From the human T2T-CHM13v2.0 reference genome, Homo sapiens, in NCBI RefSeq assembly GCF_009914755.1, contig NC_060928.1: 64,000 nt of DNA; one strand, written 5' to 3'. The stretch's first letter is position 1, and every line of letters begins with the position of its first letter. This document shows, piece by piece, positions 46,855 through 60,639 of the stretch. Both the position numbers and the translations under genes were made by a program. The notes below the pieces were generated by a model that was not told the DNA's origin, did not search any database, and saw only the letters and a program-made list of their open reading frames with translations.

Positions 46855-47430
46855 TTTGTTCAACATTAATTTAGGTAGTAATTTATCAAATAACTATTGA
46901 TCATCACTTTGTAGTAGATGGTAGATATTACTTTAGATCACATTGGTCAAAAAAACATGTGTCTTTCTGGAGCTTTAATTTTAATAGGAAGACAAAGTAA
47001 AGCAAAGCTGCCAACCTAAATAAAGAAATTATATAGCATGTTCAAAGATGATGAGTACAATGGGGAAAAAAAGAAAAAAAAATGGATTGATTGGGCTAAG
47101 ATGAATCAAGATTGCTGAGCTGGGATAGGAAGTTAAAGTTTTAATAGGAAGCTTAGTGCAGTGAAGCTTAGTTATTGTGAAGGTAATGTTTAAGCAAAAA
47201 AGGGCAAGGGAGTTTGCCAAGAACTCTCTGTAGTATGACAACTCCAGACAAATGGATTGGCAATTGCAAAGGCCATCAGGTTGAATCATGCCTAACGTAT
47301 CTGAAGAATACTGGCGAGACCACTGGGGTTGCAGAAATGAATGGAAGAGTGGCAAGTAATGAGGTCAAAGAGGCTAAATGAGTGACTTCATGTAAAAGCT
47401 TAGATGTCATTATAAGGCTCTAGCTTTTAT
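46855..47430 (-). mobile_element. L2 LINE 3' fragment
   Basis: ctttctggagctttaattttaataggaagaca; aaggtaatgtttaagcaaa; tgcaaaggcc; gtaatgaggtcaaagagg. Confidence 0.65.
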
Positions 47431-47669
47431 ATTTGAAAACTTACTATGTGATAGAAATTCTGCTGATAACTGAGAGTTTCCTAACTTCTAGAGTTCTTAC
47501 TCTAGTAGGTTAGATTAAGAAAAAGAGTTTGGGTCACAATGTCATGTGACAAATATTGTAAGATGCAAGTATAAGAACTTATGAAAAAACAGAAGTTTGA
47601 CGAAATCAGAGTGATAAATCTGGTGACTTTCTGTGACTATATGTTAATTTGCATTTTCTAGGTTTTTAC

Positions 47670-48197
47670 AGTCCTAGAATCACATGATGTGTAGTCTTTA
47701 TTGTCTGGTTTCTTCCACTCAGCATAATTATTTTGAAAAGCATCCAAGTTGTGTGTATAAACAGTTCTTTCATTTATATGCTATGTAGCATTCTTTTGTA
47801 TGGACATATCATAATTTGTTTATCATTGCTGTATTGATAGACATTTTCCTTTTTTTCAATTGTTACTGTGCTTATAAGCCAACCATGTATATTTGCTAAA
47901 ATGGCTGTTATGTATTTGCTAAAATGTATTTGCTGTTATGTATTTGCAAAAATGGCGGTTAAGTATTTTCTCCATAGATAAAATTAGGTACACTGTTTTG
48001 CTATTAGTGAGGAGAATTTTGTTTCTAATAATGTGAGTAGACATTCTTAATCAAATATAAGATGTGCAAATCCTTTTGGGGCACAGTGATGACAGCAGCT
48101 ATGCTGCCACTCCCTCCTCCCCCTTCTTCATCTTTAATTTTTTCAATAGTGTTTTCAAAAAGCAAAAGTTTTTATTTTGATTAAGTCAAATTAATTA
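47670..48197 (-). mobile_element. Old L1 (L1MC/ME-like) 3' fragments
   Basis: gtctggtttcttccactcagcataattattttgaaaagcatcca; aaaaagcaaaagtttttattttgattaagtcaaatt. Confidence 0.65.
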
Positions 48198-50450
48198 CAT
48201 ACATCCCTGGAAGGTATTGTGGGTTTGGTTCCAGAACAATGCAATAACATGAATATTGCAATAAAAAAGTCACAGTATTTTTTTGATTTCTCAGGGCATA
48301 TAAAAGTTATGTTTACACTATACTCTAGTCTCTTAATTGTGGAACACATTTGTGTTTATACAATGCATATATCTTAATTTTAAAAACTTCATTGCTAAAA
48401 AATGCTAAGGACTATCTGAGCCTTCGGTGAGTCATAATGTTTTTTTGTGGTGGAGAGTCTTGCCTCACTGTCAATGACTACTGACTGATCAGTGTGGTGG
48501 TCGCTGAAGGTTGAGGTGGCTATGGCATTTTCTCGAAATAAGACAAAAATGTTTGCCACGTTCATTGACTCTTTCTTTCATAAAAGATTTTCCTAGAGCA
48601 TTCAATGCTGTTTGATAGTATTTTACTGACAGAACTTTTTTCAAAATTGGAATCGCTCCTCTCAAACCCTGTTGCTGCTTTATCAACCAAATTTTTGTAA
48701 TATTTTAAATCCTTTGTTGTCATTTCCACAGTGTTCATTGCATCTTCAACAGGAGTAGATTCCATCTTAAGAAAACATTTTCTTTGCTCGTCTATAAGAA
48801 GAAAGGCCTCATCCATTCAAGTTTTATAATGAGATTGCAGCAATTAAGTTCCATCTTCCGGCTTCATTTCTAATTCTAGTCTCATGATTTCCATCACATC
48901 TGCAGTTACTTACTGCAGTGAAGTCAAAGTCATCCATTAAGGTTGGAATCAACTTCTTCCACACTACTGTTAACGTTGATATTTTTACTTCCTTTTATGA
49001 ATCATGAATTTCCTTAATGACATCTAAAATGGTGAATCCTTTCCAGAAGATTTTCAATTTACTTTGCCCAGATTTATCACAAGAATCACTATCTATGGCA
49101 GCTATAGCTTTATGAAATGTATTTCTTAATTCATAAGACTTGAAAGTCCAAATTACTCCTTGATTCATGGACTGCAGAATGGATATTGTGCTAACAGGCA
49201 TGAAAACAACATTAATCTCCTTCTACTTCTCCGGCAGAGGTCTTCGGTGACCAAGTGCTTGTCAATGAGCATTTATATTTTGAAAAAAATCTATTTTCTG
49301 AGCAGTAGGTCTTAACAGTGGGCTAAAATATACAGTAAACAATGCTGTAAACTATATCCTCCCATTCAGGCTTTGTAGTTCCATTAATAGAGCACAGGCA
49401 AAGTAGATTTAGCATAATTCTTAAGGGACCTAAGAGCTTCAGAATGGTCAATGAACATTGTTTTCAACTTAAGGTCACCAGCTACATTAGACACTAACAA
49501 CAGAGTCAGCCTATCCTTTGAAGCACTGAAGCCAAGTATTGACTTCTCCTCTCCGGCTATGAAGCCCTAGATGGCATCTTCTTCCAATAGAAGGCTGTTT
49601 GTCTACATTAAAAATTTGTTGTTTAGTGTAGCCACCTTCATCAATGATCTTAGCTAGATCTTCTGGATAACTTGTTGCAGCGTCTACGTCAACACTTGCT
49701 GCTTCACCTTGCTGCACTTCTATGTTATGAGGATGGCTTCTTATTTTAAAACTTATAAACCAACTTCTGGTAGCTTCAAACTTTTCTTCCATGACTTCTT
49801 CACCTCTCTTGGCCTTCACAAAATTGAAGAGAGTTAGGGCCTTGCTCTGGATTAGGCTTTGGCGTAAGGAAATGTTTTGGCTAGTTTAGTCTAGGCAGAA
49901 CACTCAGACTTTCTCCATGTTAACAAAAAGGCTGTTTCACTTTGTTATCATTTTTAATTTGCTTCAAGAACTTTGTCTTTGCATTCATAACTTGCATAAC
50001 TGTTTGGTACAGCAAATGCAGCTATCTCAGTTTATAACATCCCATCCTCACTAAGTTTAATTATATCTAGCATTGGATTAGAGGTGAGAGATGTGTGATT
50101 CTTCTTTTCACTTGAATGCTTAGAGGCCATTATATGGTTATTAATTGGCCTAATTTTAATATTGTTATGTCTCAGGGAGTAAGGACCCTCAAGTAGCAGG
50201 AGAGACACAGGGCATGGCCCTGTGAAGCAGTCAGAACACACACAATAGGTATTGATTAAGTTTGACATCCTATATGGGTTCAGTTTGCAGTGCTCCGAAG
50301 AAACTATAATAGTAACAACAAAGATCACCGATCATAGATCACTATAACAGATATAACAATAATGAAAAAGGTTTTGTAATAATTACCAAAACGTGACGAA
50401 GAGACTCAAAATGAGCACATGATGTTGGAAAAGAAGGTGCAAATGGACCT
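48198..50450 (-). mobile_element. Tigger1 DNA transposon, near full length, decayed transposase, one TIR missing
   Basis: Minus-strand ORF pieces match the Tigger1/TIGD1 transposase: [86 protein letters not shown]. One terminus is TA-catacatccctggaaggtattg. Confidence 0.93.
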
Positions 50451-51500
50451 TTATCATAAGGAGGAAGTTTTTTTATTCCTAGTCTGATGAGAGTTTTATC
50501 AGGAGTAGATGTTGGAATTTATTAAACAATTTATCTACACCTATTGAAATCATCAAATGACTGTCCTTTTATAAGCTGTTAAATGTTAATACATATACTT
50601 TATAAAATGCTAAACCAAACTTGCATTTCTGAGTTTAACCTCATTTGGTCATCACTTATTTAGATGTTTATATATTTGGGGGTTTATTTATTTAATTTAT
50701 GGCTCTTTAATATATGTATACACATAAATAATACTAATTTGTATTTTTTGGTAATTCATTTCTTCTTGTTTTTGCATCAGAGTAATGCTCACTTTGAAGA
50801 ATGAGTTTCGAAGTATTTTTTCTCAATCTTCTGAAGAATTTGTGTAGAATTTATATTATTTCATCCTGAAATATTTGGTAGGACTTCAAAATGAAGCTTC
50901 TCAGCCTGGAATTTGTGAAATAATAATAATTTGAAATATACTTTCTTGTGGCAGGTCTATTCAGTGTGTGTTTCTTCTTAAGGAAGCTTCAATAATTTGT
51001 GCATTTCAAGGGACATGCTATGCCTCTGATTTCTGACATTGGTAAGTCTGGCTAGAACTATCTCTTTTATCTTTTTAAAGAAGGTCATCAATTAACATAT
51101 GCCTATTCTTTGATGGTAATGACTGTTCTGTTATATCAATCATTTCCAGTTAGTTGATAATGTTGCCCAAGTCTTCCAAATCTTACAGATTTGCTGACTA
51201 TTTGTTCTACAAATTATCAAGAGGAGTGTTAAAATTTTCTAACATAATTGCCAATTTTTCTATTTCTTCTCTAAGATATAACTTTATGTCCTATGTATCT
51301 TGAACATTATTAGGTATGTGTATTTCAAGAATTTTTCCCTCTTGAAGAATTGGCTCTTTCATATTTTGAAATGACCTTGTGTCTGGTAATGTATTTTGCT
51401 CTAAAGTTTACTTTGCATAAAGTTTGCATGAAGTTTACTTTGCATCATAATATTACCATTGAAACTTTCTTTGGATTATGGTTAATATATGTTTTTCTCT
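50451..51500 (-). mobile_element. Old L1 ORF2 fragments
   Basis: ttttttattcctagtctgatgagagttttatcaggag; ctattgaaatcatc; gcatcagagtaatgct. Confidence 0.7.
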
Positions 51501-52239
51501 TATTTTTAAGACACTTCTATATTTAGCTCTCAAAAATAAAAGAAGCTGTTGTTTTTACCTCTAAAAGCATCTTCATAAATTATCTTAAAGCATTAAACAA
51601 CCAAGCCAGAGACTCCTGTTACATTAGGTCATTGTCAAAAATATAGTGTTCTCAACTCATTTATCTTTTTCCTAATTCTTATTTTAGTATGCTCTGTTTT
51701 TCTTCCAAGCTTTTTCACTCTTTTTTATATACCGTGTTTCATGAGAAATATGAATTCTACTCTATCATAAAATACTTTTTTGAAATGTTATTACTTCTGT
51801 CTTAGTAAAACTAAGTTTTTGTCTGAATATATTAATTCATCTGACTTTTTTTTAAGTGGTTAATAAACATGTTTCCAAATGTTCTTCTCCTCCAGGCAAG
51901 GAGTGTATTTCAGCCTCATCTTTACTCTTTTTAAAATGTGCTTTTCAAAGAGCTGTACTTCTTTATAAAACCTAAACTTTTTCATGCTCCCTGTTACCCC
52001 AATTGTCTATGTTCATCCCACTTGGTTGGTTACTTCAATAACACATCTGGCTACATACCCTCCTTCATTGAAATCTGTAGCTTGAAATTCATAGTCTTTC
52101 TTTTTGCTCTGTGTTTTACCAGATCCCAGGTGGCTTCATTCATTTATTCATTCTCATAAATGAAAGACCCAATATAACATGTCTATGATGAAATGTATTC
52201 CAAATATACTATGACCTCTTGCTTCTTGAGCTCTGGACT

Positions 52240-53540
52240 TGCTGTTTCAATCACCGTCATGCTAAATTCTAATCATCCTAGAGGTATTTCATCAGAAAGA
52301 ACACTTCTACCCAAAGTTCTCTCCCTGACAGGAAATGGTAACTTCATTCTTCTGTTGTGCACATAAAATAAATTTGGACACATTCTGTCTTGCACATACC
52401 TCATCCCACTCATCTGGAAATTGCATTTATCTACCACTAAAATATATGCAGAGAAATAACTTCTTACTGCTTCCATCACCGCCAGATTGGTAAAACACCA
52501 TTATATGTTACCTGGATTATTGATCTTGTAGGTTTCCCTACCTCTACACCTGTACCTCTCCTCCTTCCACCATAGTCTGTTCCTGGCATAGCAATGTCAC
52601 TTAAAGATAAAGTCAGATGGTTTCATTCCACTGTTACACGTGCTCTAATAGCTTCCCCTTTCACTCGGAGTGAAAAGCGTGCCTTTGTACTAAAAATTGA
52701 TACATCATTACTTCTTTTCCTCTTTGCATTTGTATGCTTTCCACACTGTTCTTCAAATGCGACAGACAAGCTGTTCTCTCCAGAAATATAGTCATGCATC
52801 ACATAACAATATTTTAGTTATCAATGAATTACATATATCATGGTTGCCCTATAAGATTATAATGATGCTGCAAAATTTCTATGGCCAAGTGATGTGGTAC
52901 CCTAGTAGCATTGAAGCACAATGCATTATTTTTTCTATGTTAAGATATGTTTAATAAAATACTTACCATTGTGTTATAATTGCCTACAATATTCTGTTCA
53001 GCAACATGCTGTAAAGGTTTATAACTTAGAGCAACAGGCAGTATCATACATCCTAGGTGTGTAGTAGGCTATACTGTGTAGATTTGTGTAAGTGTGCTCT
53101 AAGATGTTTACATTATGACAAAATTACCTAAAGATGAGTTTCTCATAATGTATTCCTGTTGGTAAATAACACATGACTATACTTGCTTTTCCCTCTGCCT
53201 GACATCCCTTTTCTTTATAATTGCATGTCATCTTCCCTCACTTCCTTTGCCTTTCCACTCAAACAAAATGTTATAAGTAGACATAACATCCCATTATAAA
53301 AGAAAAATAACCTTCCCCCTGACGTTGCCTACTGGCTTTTACCTTGCCTTATTTTGTTTTGTAACACTTATCACCGTCAGCCATTTACTTACTGTACCAT
53401 TATCTGTTTACTTTACCCTTGCACTCCAATAGAATGTAAGCCCTTTGATGGCAGGTATTTCAGATGCCTTGTTCATTTCTATATTCCCTGAAGGATAGCT
53501 GGCACAAGGTAAAGGCTCACAACGTATTTTTAAATATAGT
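52240..53540 (+). mobile_element. L2 LINE 3' region interrupted by a Tigger3 derivative
   Basis: gaaatggtaacttcattcttc; cttcttactgcttccatcacc; ttacctggattattg; tagaatgtaagccctttgatggcagg; ctggcacaaggtaaaggctcac. Confidence 0.75.
52789..53179 (+). mobile_element. Tigger3 (MER7-type) internally deleted derivative
   Basis: TA-tagtcatgcatcacataac...aatacttaccattgtgttataattgcctaca...cctaggtgtgtagtaggctatac...acatgacta-TA. Confidence 0.88.
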
Positions 53541-54393
53541 TTTGTCATCATTGTTGAGCTCCTTTGTAGGCTCTACCTCTTACTTTAGAAGTCTATCCTT
53601 CAATTGCAAGCAGTAGGAATAGAGTCTTGTTGCATGTTCAGATGAATAAAGCCCTGTGCTAAATAGCAAATTTTGAAAGCTAAATGAATGGCCCAATACT
53701 AATATATAGAGGAAAAGAGAACACACTTTCTGCAGTTTGGTAGCAAAACTGTTTTAGAGAATTTCTTTAGAAGCCTGAACTAATGTATTATAATGGGTAC
53801 TTGTACATTACAATTATACAAACAGTTTGGTAATTTATATCCTCTTTGTGATTCATGAATGGATCATTTAATTCCTTAGGAGCATTATAGCATTTCAAGT
53901 TTTCATGCTCAATAAATCTATTGAGATTGCTACCTTTCCTATTCAAATGGAAAAAAATTATCTTGTTTTTTCATCCAAAAGTTTTTTCCTAGGAATAAAT
54001 TATATTAGGTTAGTTGCAGTTTTGTTAAATTTCCAAGTATGTCACTGATAAAAGCCTTTTCATAGAAGAAATAATTTTATGCAAAGCACAGAAGCTATAT
54101 AACACTCAATTATCATACTATATATGTGTCTGTATTACACAGTGATAACATTCACCTTAACTCTATCTAAGATACATAAGTGCCATATGATTTTTCTACT
54201 TGTGTCTTATGAAATTCAACAAAACAAAGTTATTACCTTTGCTGGTGTGAAAACTGGTTTAGAAAAAATATGTTTTGAATGAAAGATAACGTCTTAAGAG
54301 TGATATGGCAATTCCAAACTATATACTTTTATTGTGTTTATTTACATTTTCTAAAATTTTATTTAAACTATCTGCAAAAGAAAAGAGTTATAA

Positions 54394-54785
<392 letters not shown>

Positions 54786-55042
54786 TTATATGTTAATAAG
54801 TTAATCATGTAGGTAGAAATATTTGCTGCATTGAAACTAAAATATTAGGTATTTTGGTGAACAGTCACAGTTAAATTAATATTAATACTACCAATAGATT
54901 TGTAAAAATATAAAATTACATACATTATATGCATGTTGCATGGTAAGTACCTGCCTGATAAATTATATTTACCACGATTTTGAATGAGGAGTGCCATCTG
55001 GCCCTGTTTAATTTCTAACAGCCCTTTTAACTTAAAATTCTT

Positions 55043-55411
<369 letters not shown>

Positions 55412-55669
55412 CTAACTTCTCTCAGTGTCTTCAAAGCTATTTTGAAAATTTCTATCTACTTAGTTATCTTGTAAGTGGTTGTCGAAGCTTTTGTTTGGAA
55501 CCCATGTAGTTTCATAGACTCTTGGCTTTTTCAAATCTTTCTTTCCATCTTGCTCTCAAATATCTGTGCCAACACTCCTCTCCACTTCTGTAGAGAATTT
55601 AGTATTTGAAAACCAAGGACATGAAAAGATTCTCTATTTTCGTGTTTAAACATTTTCATCCTTGTTTTG

Positions 55670-56060
55670 GGCCAGACTTCTTAGAAAACAGAACAGAAAG
55701 CTAAAGCACGTATGCTAATGTTTTAGTGGCGAGTGTAATTCCAGAAAAGCAAAAGTGAGTGAAATGAAGTGTGAGGGAAAGAAAACAAATACAAGGGGAG
55801 ATCACAGCTTTTTACAAGTGTAGTCATTTTGGAACTACAGCATCTCTGAACTGTTGGAAGAATGGGGTTTAGGGCAAGGTAAAGCATTTATTTATTGGTT
55901 ACCTTCTATTCTCATTCGCCAAGTGTAGCCCCACTTCTCAGTTGTGAGTTGCTTTATCTGCTTCCATCAGCAGCCACTGGGGAAGCCAAACACTAGCCCT
56001 GCATTTGACCTTCTGAGAAGATGTGGAGGGACCAGAGTACCCTGACTATGACCACAGTTG
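55670..56060 (-). mobile_element. ERVL LTR remnant (LTR33/LTR16-like)
   Basis: ccagacttcttagaaaacaga...ggcgagtgtaattccag...gaaaacaaatacaagggg. Confidence 0.5.
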
Positions 56061-56449
56061 GGAGAGTGGAGGTATCCTCATGGCCTGCTTTGGCTGAGTT
56101 TATTTATAACTATAATTTATTTCTTTACACTGCTCTACATACTGTGTGTTTAATTTTGTAGGCATCGTTATTTTCAATAATATCCTAATTATATAACTTT
56201 TCTTATCACAACTAATACCCATTACTTCTGAACTTACCAGATACTATGTAATTGAGAAGCACAACTCAGCCAAACTGCAGTAGCACTTTTCTAGATAAAA
56301 TGGCTCACTGGAAACCTTTCGTTTGTATTAGATGAGACTTGCTCTGGTGTATGCCATTGTTCATATGTAAGAAAGTTTAAGTTAATACTCCATAAATAAA
56401 GAAACTTCTTGTTGTTATTGATCCAATAAATTATTGGGTATTATAGCAA

Positions 56450-56853
56450 GAGAGTATTATTCTATTCTATTATAGCAACAGAATATCTGAGACTGGTTAC
56501 ATTTATCATGAACATAAATTTGTTTAACTTGTGGTTCTGGAGTATGGGAAGTCCAAGAGCATGTTGCCAGCTCCTGGGGCAAGCTCACAATATACCTATG
56601 CTGTGTCATCCCATAACAGTAGGCAGAAAGTCAAGAAAGTGTGTGTGAGAGAGACACCAGTAGTCAGGCTTGCTTTATTAAAAAAACACTCTCTTGATAA
56701 CTAACCTACTCCCATGATAATGACATTAATCCATTTATGAAGGCTTATCACTCATGATGCAAATACCACTTATTTGGTTTCAGTACAAACACTGTTGCAT
56801 TGAGTATTATCTCCAACATGTAAATTGTAGGGGGATACATTCAAGAAACAGCA
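56450..56853 (-). mobile_element. MaLR LTR (MSTC/D-like)
   Basis: gaatatctgagactgg...ggttctggagtatgggaagtccaagagcatg...actcccatgataatgacattaatccatttatga...ggggatacattcaagaaacagca. Confidence 0.85.
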
Positions 56854-57103
56854 GAATGTGTAGGGCATCTTTGCTTAACCTGTTTCTGTCACACAGTTCT
56901 ATCTGTATAACAGCACTAAAATGCTTCTTGGGTTCATTACCTAAACTTCAAACTGTGTTATCAATAGAAATAAAATGTAGGATTCTTCCGAGATACCTAG
57001 CTTTGGACTATATTCATCAATTCTACCAGTTAAAGAGAATTAAACTTCAGATTCGATATGAAATTTCAAATTACTTCACATTCATTGACTATAAGAAAGC
57101 ATT

Positions 57104-58030
57104 GCATCTGTGGTTTCCTGACTTTTTAATGATCGTCATTCTAATTGGCATGAGATGTTATCTCATTGTGGTTTTGATTTGCATTTCTCTAATGACCAGT
57201 GATGATGAGCATTTTTTCATATGTTTGTTGGCTGCATAAATGTCTTCTTTTGAGAAATGTCTGTTCATATCCTTTGCCCACTTTTTGATATTTTTTTTTT
57301 TGTATATTTGTGAAGTTCTTTGTAGATTCTAGATATTAGCCCTTTGTCAGATGGGCAGATTGCAAAAATTTCCTCCTATTCTATAGGTTGCCTGTTTACT
57401 CTGATGATAGTTTCTTTTGCTGTGAAGAACCTCTTCAGTTTAATTATATCCCATTTGTCAATTTTAAGTTGCCATTGCTTTTGGTGTTTTAGACATGAAG
57501 TCTTTGCCCATGCTACTATAAAGACACATGAACATGTATGTTTATTGCAGCGCTATTCACAATAGCAAAGACTTGGAACCAACCCAAATATCTATCAATG
57601 ATAGACTGGATAAAGAAAATGTGGCACATATACACCATGGGATACTATACAGCCATAAAAAGGATGAGTTCATGTCCTTTGTAGGGATATAGATGAAGCT
57701 GGAAACCATCATTCTCAGCAAACTATCACAAGAACAGAAAACCAAACACTGCATGTTCTCACTCATAAGTGGGAGTTGAACAAGCAGAACACATGGAAAC
57801 TGGGAGGGGAACATCACACACCTGGGCCTATCAGCAGCTGGGGGTCTAGGGGAGGGATAGCATTAGGAGAAATAAATACTTAAGTAGGTGATGGGTTGAT
57901 GGGTGTAGCAAACCACCATGGCACGTGTATACCTAGGTAACAAAACAGCACGTTCTGCACATGTACCCCAGAACTTAAAGTATACTAAAACCAATAAATA
58001 CATAAAATATGCACAAAAAAGGAAAAAATA
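57104..58030 (+). mobile_element. 5'-truncated, 5'-inverted L1 (L1PA7/8-like)
   Basis: 57104-57513 is antisense ORF2 C-terminal sequence. From ~57510 it is sense: tgctactataaagacacatg...gtaggtgatgggttgatgggtg...cccagaacttaaagtata, followed by an A-rich tail. TSD-like aagcattg occurs on both sides. Confidence 0.92.
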
Positions 58031-59183
58031 AGCATTGGAAACAAGAAAGCAAAACATGTCTTCAAGGCAGTAAAAAATTAGTAATTAACCAAATTTGTTC
58101 AAATTTCAGAAAGGGATTACAATATTATAACAGAAATTTCGATGTTCAAATATTCATTATGTTTAGCCATATCGAGAAAATAAGTTTGGAGAAAATATAT
58201 TTGGCATATATAGGGGCAAAAATCAATCTGTGAAAGGGCAATGTAGTTAAAATTAATGATAGCTACCAAGTAAAGATGCTTGTTGTACAATTCAAACATT
58301 TTAACTACTAAAAATTATAAAAATACTGTATAGAAATAAGTATAATAAATTATACATTATTATTAAGGTATAAATAAAGTTAACGTAGTATAAAATAAAT
58401 TAACATATTTTTAGAAACCAGACGTATACACTAATTTTTTAAAAAATCATGCTACTTAATACGTCCAGTAAATATTATTTAAATTATTTGCCATCGGCCA
58501 GTTTCTAAATACTGCGAGATATCTAAGGTCATTCAGAATGGTGCACAGAGCACGATGCAAAGCAATTTTTCCACTGACCTCCATCTTTGCTGCTGATGTG
58601 AGTCTATGGTATTTAGATGTTCTGAGATTGTCCTATATACAATCTTTTGTTCTGTGAATATATGCATGTGCGTATCTGTGTCTTTTTAACTTTTAACTGT
58701 GTCTTAAGTAGACAACCTCCGTTAGCATAGAAGACAGGTTGTATAAATCAAAAGAGAGGTTATTTGCTTTATTAACACAGTAATTTGATCACAGATGTTA
58801 TCCCCATTTTTTATTCCCATGTTAAACGTTTAAAAATTGCTCAAACATGTCAGTTAATCATTCATTTAAATAACATTTTTAAGTGTATTGGATGTCCACT
58901 CTGTGCCAGCAATTGTTCTAAGATCAAGGAACATAGTTAATGCACAATTCATGTTTCCTAGCTCCCTTTTTACATTTTTCTTACCTTCAAGTTTTTTTTT
59001 CTCCTATCTGTATGCACTTTAGACAGTAATTCACCTAATTTTTTAGATATCCTAATTAAGTTTACAGTACTATTACTATATCCTTAATCTTAAACAAAAT
59101 ATGTCAATGAATAGAAACTAAGTTTGCATTGTTTCACTAATCTTCTTAACACTGGATACTAATAATTCCAATAGAAAAACAAA

Positions 59184-59237
59184 TATTAGGTTGGTGCAGA
59201 AGTAATTGAGGCTTTTGCCATTGAAAGTAATGGCAAT
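59184..59237. mobile_element. MADE1, right arm truncated
   Basis: TA-ttaggttggtgcagaagtaattgaggcttttgccattgaaagtaatggcaa. Confidence 0.88.
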
Positions 59238-60639
59238 ATTTTACACATTATTTAGTAGTGCTTTGTCTCTATTTTTAAGACTGTGTATTTAAATGCATGG
59301 CTTTTGTGTTGGCAAAATGACTCATGCTTTTAAGATTTAAAAGTATCTGATGAAATAGGCAATATCATTATAATATTCCAATTAACTTAAAAAACTGAAA
59401 TTCTAAAATAAAAAAATTGAGAAAGTCATGTTATATCAATGACAAGAGTCAAATGAATTATTGAAGGACACTGCATTATCTACTTGTTTTGAGAAAACTC
59501 CAGGAGCTGAGAATAAATACTCAGCAGAGAGTAAGGGGGAACTACTGAATCACTGGCAACAGAAAATAAAATCACCCCAGTGGCATTAGATAGAGCGTCA
59601 GACCTTAGCAGCTGTAGGCCTCTGGGTAATACAGAATGGATGACTGGTTAAAATATTATAACATAGACTTTTTCTGAAAGAAGACAAAGAAAAGGGTAAG
59701 TCTGAACTCATTTAAAAGAGTAGTTACTGGGAAGGATCTTGTTTCCTTTGCATATTTTTGTGAACTTTGGCAGAACTTAGTTTTTACTTTTGGAGATTTT
59801 GTTATTCGCTTTCCAATAACCAGGACAGGTGTACACTGTTTAAAAACAAATATCTGTAGGAAAGCAGCACAGGAAAAATTGTAAACTTTTGTGCAGTTAT
59901 TTACATATTTATAAGGACCATGGGCTTCTGAAATGAGAAAGGGCTTTTCATTGGAAAAAGAAGAAAATTCAGGGTCAGGATAATTGTGGGCAAAGAGTAT
60001 AATTTGCTCTCTGAAATTAAAATTTTAAAAATTGAAATACTTACTGAAATTGCATGTAAATGTTACACAATAATGAAAAACAAAGAGGACTCCTTAAACA
60101 TTTAGTATATGTACATAAAATAAAGGCAAAAAGACGCTATATTATATTTTAATGGCAAAAAATTGTATCTTAGGCATACCTTGAAAGAATATTAGCAACA
60201 TATAAAAAATACATGTTGGATAAGTCCCCAAACTTGTTAGATATAATGCAGATTAAAGTAAATTCATGATGTAAAATCTTATAAAAACTTAATTAAAAGT
60301 TTTTTTTTAAAGTAATAGTGGTAATTCAGTAACTAAAAACTAAAAAAGTCATCATAATATATTTATTTTTTGAACCTGGTATTTAGACTGATGGACTTTA
60401 CAGAAAAATACAAAATGAACACATATACAAAAATTTTAATCTCTTCATTACATCTTTTAATTATCAAACTTTCTGCCTGATGTTCAGATAAAATTTTTTA
60501 AAAGTTCTTTTATAAGGTTTTTCAAGATTGTTGATAAATACAGAAAAAATCTTGACAATTTTCAATACCTTGACTTTTTAGTTATAGCTTTGAAGATATG
60601 CTGTGTCATGTATCAGAAGGTAAGATCATTGATTTGAGA

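Noticed and set aside
48489-49819. TIGD1 gene copy
   Set aside because: The transposase is broken into short frames inside an ordinary Tigger1 fossil.
56754-57239. 161-aa plus-strand ORF
   Set aside because: It is a chance read-through across an MST LTR, unique DNA and the inverted L1, with no domain signal.
58480-58620. Possible host exon ending at gtgagt
   Set aside because: There is no convincing acceptor or recognisable peptide, so it cannot be supported without transcript data.
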